From an uncultured Candidatus Saccharibacteria bacterium (GTDB lineage: Bacteria; Patescibacteriota; Saccharimonadia; Saccharimonadales; SZUA-47), in NCBI GenBank assembly GCA_964536485.1, contig CAZHXX010000003.1, forward strand, positions 28,101-92,100: a DNA stretch of 64,000 bases. Reading direction: 5' to 3'. The translations under genes were made by a program, and so were the position numbers. The notes below the pieces were generated by a model, which had not been told where the DNA came from, searched no databases, and saw only the letters and a list, made by a program, of their open reading frames with translations. Positions 60,329 through 64,000 of this stretch are shown here, piece by piece (position 1 is the first letter of the stretch; every line of letters begins with the position of its first letter).

Positions 60329-60413
60329 TTTTGAATCTCACAGTTAATTAATAGGATATAATCATATAATTTGTGGTAATACAAATGTAAGATGCAAATG
60401 TGGAGTCTCTATT

Positions 60414-60458
60414 GAGGTTCTTTTGGCTACTTTTGTACACGCAGGCAAAAGTAGCTCG
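60414..60458 (+). repeat. solo 3' module of the RNA-like element family
   Basis: GAGGTTCTTTTG-GCTACTTTTG-TACACGCAGG-CAAAAGTAGC matches the 3' hairpin region of copies A-D; no upstream domain. Confidence 0.5.
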
Positions 60459-60539
60459 TACAAACTGCTATAAGCGCTACCGAAAAATATAGCTAAAAAA
60501 TTTTTTGCCCGTAGCTTTGAAAAGCCCCGAAAAATCAAC

Positions 60540-60914
60540 TTATGAAGTAAAACGAGCTGCTTGATAAATAAGTCCAATAACCGTTTGAGTAGCAGGTAAG
60601 AAAGCTCTTTCTTTTTCTGTAAGCGCTTCCTCCACGCTAAAGAAGTTCGCTTCAGTCGGCATTCTGTTTGGATTATTACGATCACGTAAGTTTTGTATCC
60701 TATCTGATAAACTTGGTACTCTTGGCGTTTCCTCTGATGACACAGCCATAGTCATTGCCAACTGAGTAGCTGCTAGTTCTAGCGCTTCTACTGTTGGCTG
60801 CCCATCCTCAAAAAGTGTCGCTCTTGCTTCAGCTAGTCTTACAAGGCCCACTTCAAACTGAACAAGATTTTCACCATACACTATTACAGTATCGCCAGGC
60901 GCATTCGTTCCCAT
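60540..60914 (-). CDS. hypothetical protein
   Basis: 124-aa ORF; preferred over the overlapping 107-aa frame. Confidence 0.45.
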   Translation of the reverse strand: MGTNAPGDTVIVYGENLVQFEVGLVRLAEARATLFEDGQPTVEALELAATQLAMTMAVSSEETPRVPSLSDRIQNLRDRNNPNRMPTEANFFSVEEALTEKERAFLPATQTVIGLIYQAARFTS

Positions 60915-61130
60915 ATAAACTCCTTTTACTAATAGTAATATCAGAGGCTACACAAACTATCAAGCATGAGCAGGTTGGCGGTCAGGCTGAGACTAGTTAT
61001 TAGATTACATATTTTTTAGTGGGAATGAGGGTTTCGCCTTGTTGGATGAGCGCTAAAAGCAGTGTCTGCAACAACTTCATAAAACAGTGTCGGGGACTCG
61101 TATAGAAAGGTTCAAGAAATTGCCCCTCTC

Positions 61131-61420
61131 CAGCACCGCAAGAAAACCGATGGCTTTGTAGCTCACTTTCATTGAGTTATTGCCGAGGACTTACCACAAT
61201 ACTCCTTTTCAATAACTATTGTGGTCGCTTTAGCGTTCCGAGATCGTGCTGTTTTTAATAGCAATCAAGCTAAGCTTGTTGCTTTAAAAACAGAGACCAT
61301 GTCAGGCACAATGAAATGAGCTACGAAGCCAATCGTGTTCTTCTTGCATGCTGCGGGGCTTTTGGTTACTTTTGCACCTGGAGGTAAAAGTAACTCGTGG
61401 TGTGGCGCGAAAAGCCACCT
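61131..61420 (+). ncRNA. unclassified structured RNA-like element, copy D (expanded, no terminator)
   Basis: Outer helix CCGATGGCTTTGTAGCTCACTTTCATTG/CAATGAAATGAGCTACGAAGCCAATCG; junction TTATTGCCGAGGACT; inner hairpin ACCACAATA/TATTGTGGT; extra hairpin CTGTTTTTAA...TTAAAAACAG; 3' hairpin GTTACTTTTGC-ACCTGGAG-GTAAAAGTAAC. Confidence 0.55.
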
Positions 61421-61473
61421 CCGAAAAATTTATAATAAAAGCGAAGCTTTTCAAAAAATAGTACAATATTTTT

Positions 61474-62238
61474 ATGGACCCCAACCAACCAAAATTGGAT
61501 CAATCACCGACCGAAGATGGACCACCGACGCTAGAGGAAGAAACAGCACCGACTCCACTACCAGAACCAGAAACCTCCCCATCAGATACCCCTGCTGAAC
61601 CAACTCCGCAACCGGCTTCACAACCTGAACCACCACCGCACGTAGAAGAACCTGCCCCAGTACCCGAAACGACAGTTCCTGTACAAGAGCCATCCCCCGA
61701 ACCCCCTGCCCCAGAGCCAAAAATAGAAACACCACCTGCAGTAGAAGAACCTGCACTACAACCAGGAACGACACCACCTGTAGCGTCTACCCCACCCATA
61801 ACGCATATACCAGAACCGATACCAGGAAAGAAAGAAGAATATGAGCCTGTAAGCACCCCTGCCCCACAGGTAGAAGAAAGTTCACCCAGTGAACCGCAAG
61901 CCGAAGTTCCCACCCCTGCTGAGCCAGAGCAAGTAAGCGACATTCCGCAAAAAGTCCTCGACCTAACGCCAGAAGAGCTGGATGCGGCACGCCGGCTTTG
62001 GGCGCGCGAGCATATTGCAGAAGCACAAAAACAAGCGAACAAGAGTCGACATGAGCGCATGGTAAGCAGAATGGCTGAGATAGAAAAAGTGGTTAAGAAC
62101 AATCCTAGCTCTTCAATACATGAGATTGCGAATAAGGTAAAACTATCCGAAAAACTCACGTCCGGATACGTCGAAAAGCTCGTGCACGCGAGGCGAATAA
62201 CGGCAACGGGACAAACGAATAACCGCCGGTATTCTTAG
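61474..62238 (+). CDS. Pro/Glu-rich protein with C-terminal winged-helix-like domain
   Basis: 254 aa; ~150 aa of P/E/T/A low complexity, then SIHEIANKVKLSEKLTSGYVEKLVHARRI. Confidence 0.6.
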   Translation: MDPNQPKLDQSPTEDGPPTLEEETAPTPLPEPETSPSDTPAEPTPQPASQPEPPPHVEEPAPVPETTVPVQEPSPEPPAPEPKIETPPAVEEPALQPGTTPPVASTPPITHIPEPIPGKKEEYEPVSTPAPQVEESSPSEPQAEVPTPAEPEQVSDIPQKVLDLTPEELDAARRLWAREHIAEAQKQANKSRHERMVSRMAEIEKVVKNNPSSSIHEIANKVKLSEKLTSGYVEKLVHARRITATGQTNNRRYS

Positions 62239-62286
62239 CAATACTCAATTCTAGCAGGGTGTCTGAATAAGTTTTTATAGCTAAAA

Positions 62287-63423
62287 TTAGCTTCTGCTTG
62301 CTTGTAGACGTAAGTCGAGCGCCTTGGATGCAGTAGTGAATGGGTTGTTGACGCCCTTTTTCTTATCGTCTTTATTAAAGTATGCAAGTGCCAAACTGCC
62401 ATAGTGGACTACAGACAACGGTTTTGTCCCAACTTTTCCCCACTCATTTCTTACGGGTTGGGCACCAAGCATTTCAACTATACCTAAGTTTGATGGAGTC
62501 ATGAACTGCATCCAGTCAACGTACGCGTTTCCCCCTTCGACAGTAAAGGTGTTTTTTACCTGCACTGGAACAACTTCATTTGTTTCTACAGAGCATAGCA
62601 AAAAATCTGCGTTTGGATTCTTTTGATCTTTTCCTGGGGCGGTTCTTTCAAGAGCAGGAGGGACTGGTATTGGCATTAACGGCAAGCTTCTATCAACGAC
62701 CCAATGTAGCATGGCAAAGTATGCATCATATTCTAATATGCCTCGTGCAGCTAAAAGTTTAACAGCTTCGCTTTTTTCGCCAACTGTCAAATTCCTGATC
62801 CAGTTCGGAGCTCTGAAGGTAGCATTCACTGTGCTGATATCAATATCTTGCACTCTACCCGCTTCATCTACTGTCTGGTCGATTGCAAAAATAGCTTTTG
62901 CTATATCTCCTAGAAGAACTGCACGTGTGTTTCCAATTGCTTGTTTTACTGAGTCTGCCGCAGGACGAGATTCTCCAAACCTATGACAAAGCGTCACGGC
63001 TTCGGAGAGCATCCCGACTGCATGAAAACGTAGTAAAGCTTTATCTGCATCTTGTCCTGTAGTTACTGCAACCTTGAGCGCATTATCATCCACCTCTTCT
63101 GTTTTGTCAGTAGGTTTTCTAAATGATAAATTGCCGTATTGATTACCGTTGTTACGCTCACGAATAAACTGACTTCTTTTTTCTGATAGAAGAGTTCTAA
63201 TGCCACGTCTAACGTCAAGGAAGTCTGTAGCTATATCAAGCGTGCTTGTTGGGGTAGGTTCATTTAAAAAATCCGCCTCACCAACGCCGTATAAGTTATG
63301 TAGCATGGACGTTGCGCTCTCATCAACGAAACGGGTCAAAGATTCTGCTTGTGTACCCTCCAAGCTATCGGAGACAGTTGTGGGCATATTTGCAAAACTG
63401 CGTATGTAAGTCTTACCATTCAT
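62287..63423 (-). CDS. hypothetical protein with C-terminal PD-(D/E)xK-like motif
   Basis: 378 aa; NADFLLCSVETNEVVPVQVKN. Confidence 0.5.
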   Translation of the reverse strand: MNGKTYIRSFANMPTTVSDSLEGTQAESLTRFVDESATSMLHNLYGVGEADFLNEPTPTSTLDIATDFLDVRRGIRTLLSEKRSQFIRERNNGNQYGNLSFRKPTDKTEEVDDNALKVAVTTGQDADKALLRFHAVGMLSEAVTLCHRFGESRPAADSVKQAIGNTRAVLLGDIAKAIFAIDQTVDEAGRVQDIDISTVNATFRAPNWIRNLTVGEKSEAVKLLAARGILEYDAYFAMLHWVVDRSLPLMPIPVPPALERTAPGKDQKNPNADFLLCSVETNEVVPVQVKNTFTVEGGNAYVDWMQFMTPSNLGIVEMLGAQPVRNEWGKVGTKPLSVVHYGSLALAYFNKDDKKKGVNNPFTTASKALDLRLQASRS

Positions 63424-63497
63424 AAAATATATTATAACAAAAAAATGCTATTAAATCAAGTAATGGCAATGAAATATATAGCCTATGTATCAATTAG

Positions 63498-63728
63498 TCA
63501 TTTTGCAACTACTGCATCGATGAGCGAGTCAATGTAGATTTTTGCGCTTTTGGGATAGAGGGCGATGCCGGCGCCTATGGCTACGAAGAACAGCCCAAAA
63601 AGTATGGCTATAAGGTTGAATTCAAAAAGTGCGCTGAAGCCTATGCCAAATAGTACAGAAAATATACCAATGATACGAACGTTTCGATAAAAATTTTTGG
63701 GAACTGTTTTTTGCTTTGTCATAGACAA
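63498..63728 (-). CDS. small two-TM membrane protein
   Basis: 76 aa with two clear hydrophobic helices. Confidence 0.5.
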   Translation of the reverse strand: MSMTKQKTVPKNFYRNVRIIGIFSVLFGIGFSALFEFNLIAILFGLFFVAIGAGIALYPKSAKIYIDSLIDAVVAK

Positions 63729-63788
63729 ATTGTAGCAAGTTTTATGGTGCTATACTAGCAACCCTACTTTGTCAGATAAATTAATACA

Positions 63789-64000
63789 CTAGGAAATGTA
63801 GTATACGGGGTACCCTTGCTCGAGAGTAAGTCTGTAGTCGTTAAACGTTGATGATTCTGGAAGTGTAATTGGCTGTTGGGTGTCTTTAATAGCTGACAGT
63901 CTTTGCGTGATAGCGGTATGCAACCCTGGGCGATTTGTGAGCGCGCCACCTGAACTTTTATCCAAAACTATTCCTATGCGTTTGCCAGCTGATATTGTTT
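63789..64000 (-). CDS. partial CDS (C-terminal 69 codons, enters from right edge), unknown product
   Basis: Frame open from the window edge to TAG (plus-strand cta at 63789-63791): ...GIVLDKSSGGALTNRPGLHTAITQRLSAIKD...; more protein-like than the overlapping 61-aa track ORF. Confidence 0.45.
   Translation of the reverse strand, partial: TISAGKRIGIVLDKSSGGALTNRPGLHTAITQRLSAIKDTQQPITLPESSTFNDYRLTLEQGYPVYYIS

Noticed and set aside
60362-60685. 107-aa ORF overlapping the 60540-60914 gene and the solo hairpin
   Set aside because: It is Leu/Lys/Phe-rich shadow sequence. It overlaps a better frame and a repeat element.
61500-62159. 219-aa Gly/Ser-rich ORF, plus the 101-aa and 79-aa ORFs, antisense to the Pro/Glu-rich gene
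   Set aside because: They mirror the low-complexity CCN/GAR codons of the sense gene. The sense frame has a start context and a folded C-terminal domain; the antisense frames do not.
63764-63949. 61-aa track ORF near the right edge
   Set aside because: A different frame is open from the window edge to 63789 and reads as a more plausible protein C-terminus.

Overview
The window looks like a compact, gene-dense bacterial chromosome segment. Gene content (class E-type sortase, PEGA, DUF3048, LysM-CHAP, many small orphan proteins, very short intergenic gaps) suggests a reduced-genome Patescibacteria/Saccharibacteria-like organism; this is inference only. Positions ~1-44,400 are mostly housekeeping: a two-component pair, gltX, tRNA-Leu, xth, pyrH, smpB, a complete F1Fo ATP synthase operon, an aquaporin, cell-wall enzymes and TerC. 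Positions ~44,400-63,400 are accessory: orphan ORFs, several PD-(D/E)xK-like nuclease folds, and a cytosine-5 methyltransferase fused to a complete LexA-like repressor next to a small nuclease. I found no rRNA, CRISPR array, transposase or integrase. Four observations stand out. (1) A family of ~250-nt structured RNA-like elements has four full copies and one fragment between 44.4 and 61.4 kb. Their helices differ in sequence but keep their pairing, their junction motifs are conserved, and three of the four full copies carry an intrinsic terminator. I could not place them in any RNA class I know. (2) Three 112-114-codon orphan ORFs fill the atpF|atpH, atpG|atpD and atpD|atpC junctions with stop/start overlap, and their codon usage differs sharply from the atp genes. 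(3) The LexA-S24-Dcm fusion sits in a restriction-modification-like cassette. (4) Two tandem ~78-nt pseudo-copies of a tRNA-Leu 3' half lie immediately downstream of tRNA-Leu(CAA). All functional calls rest on motifs read by eye; no database search was possible.
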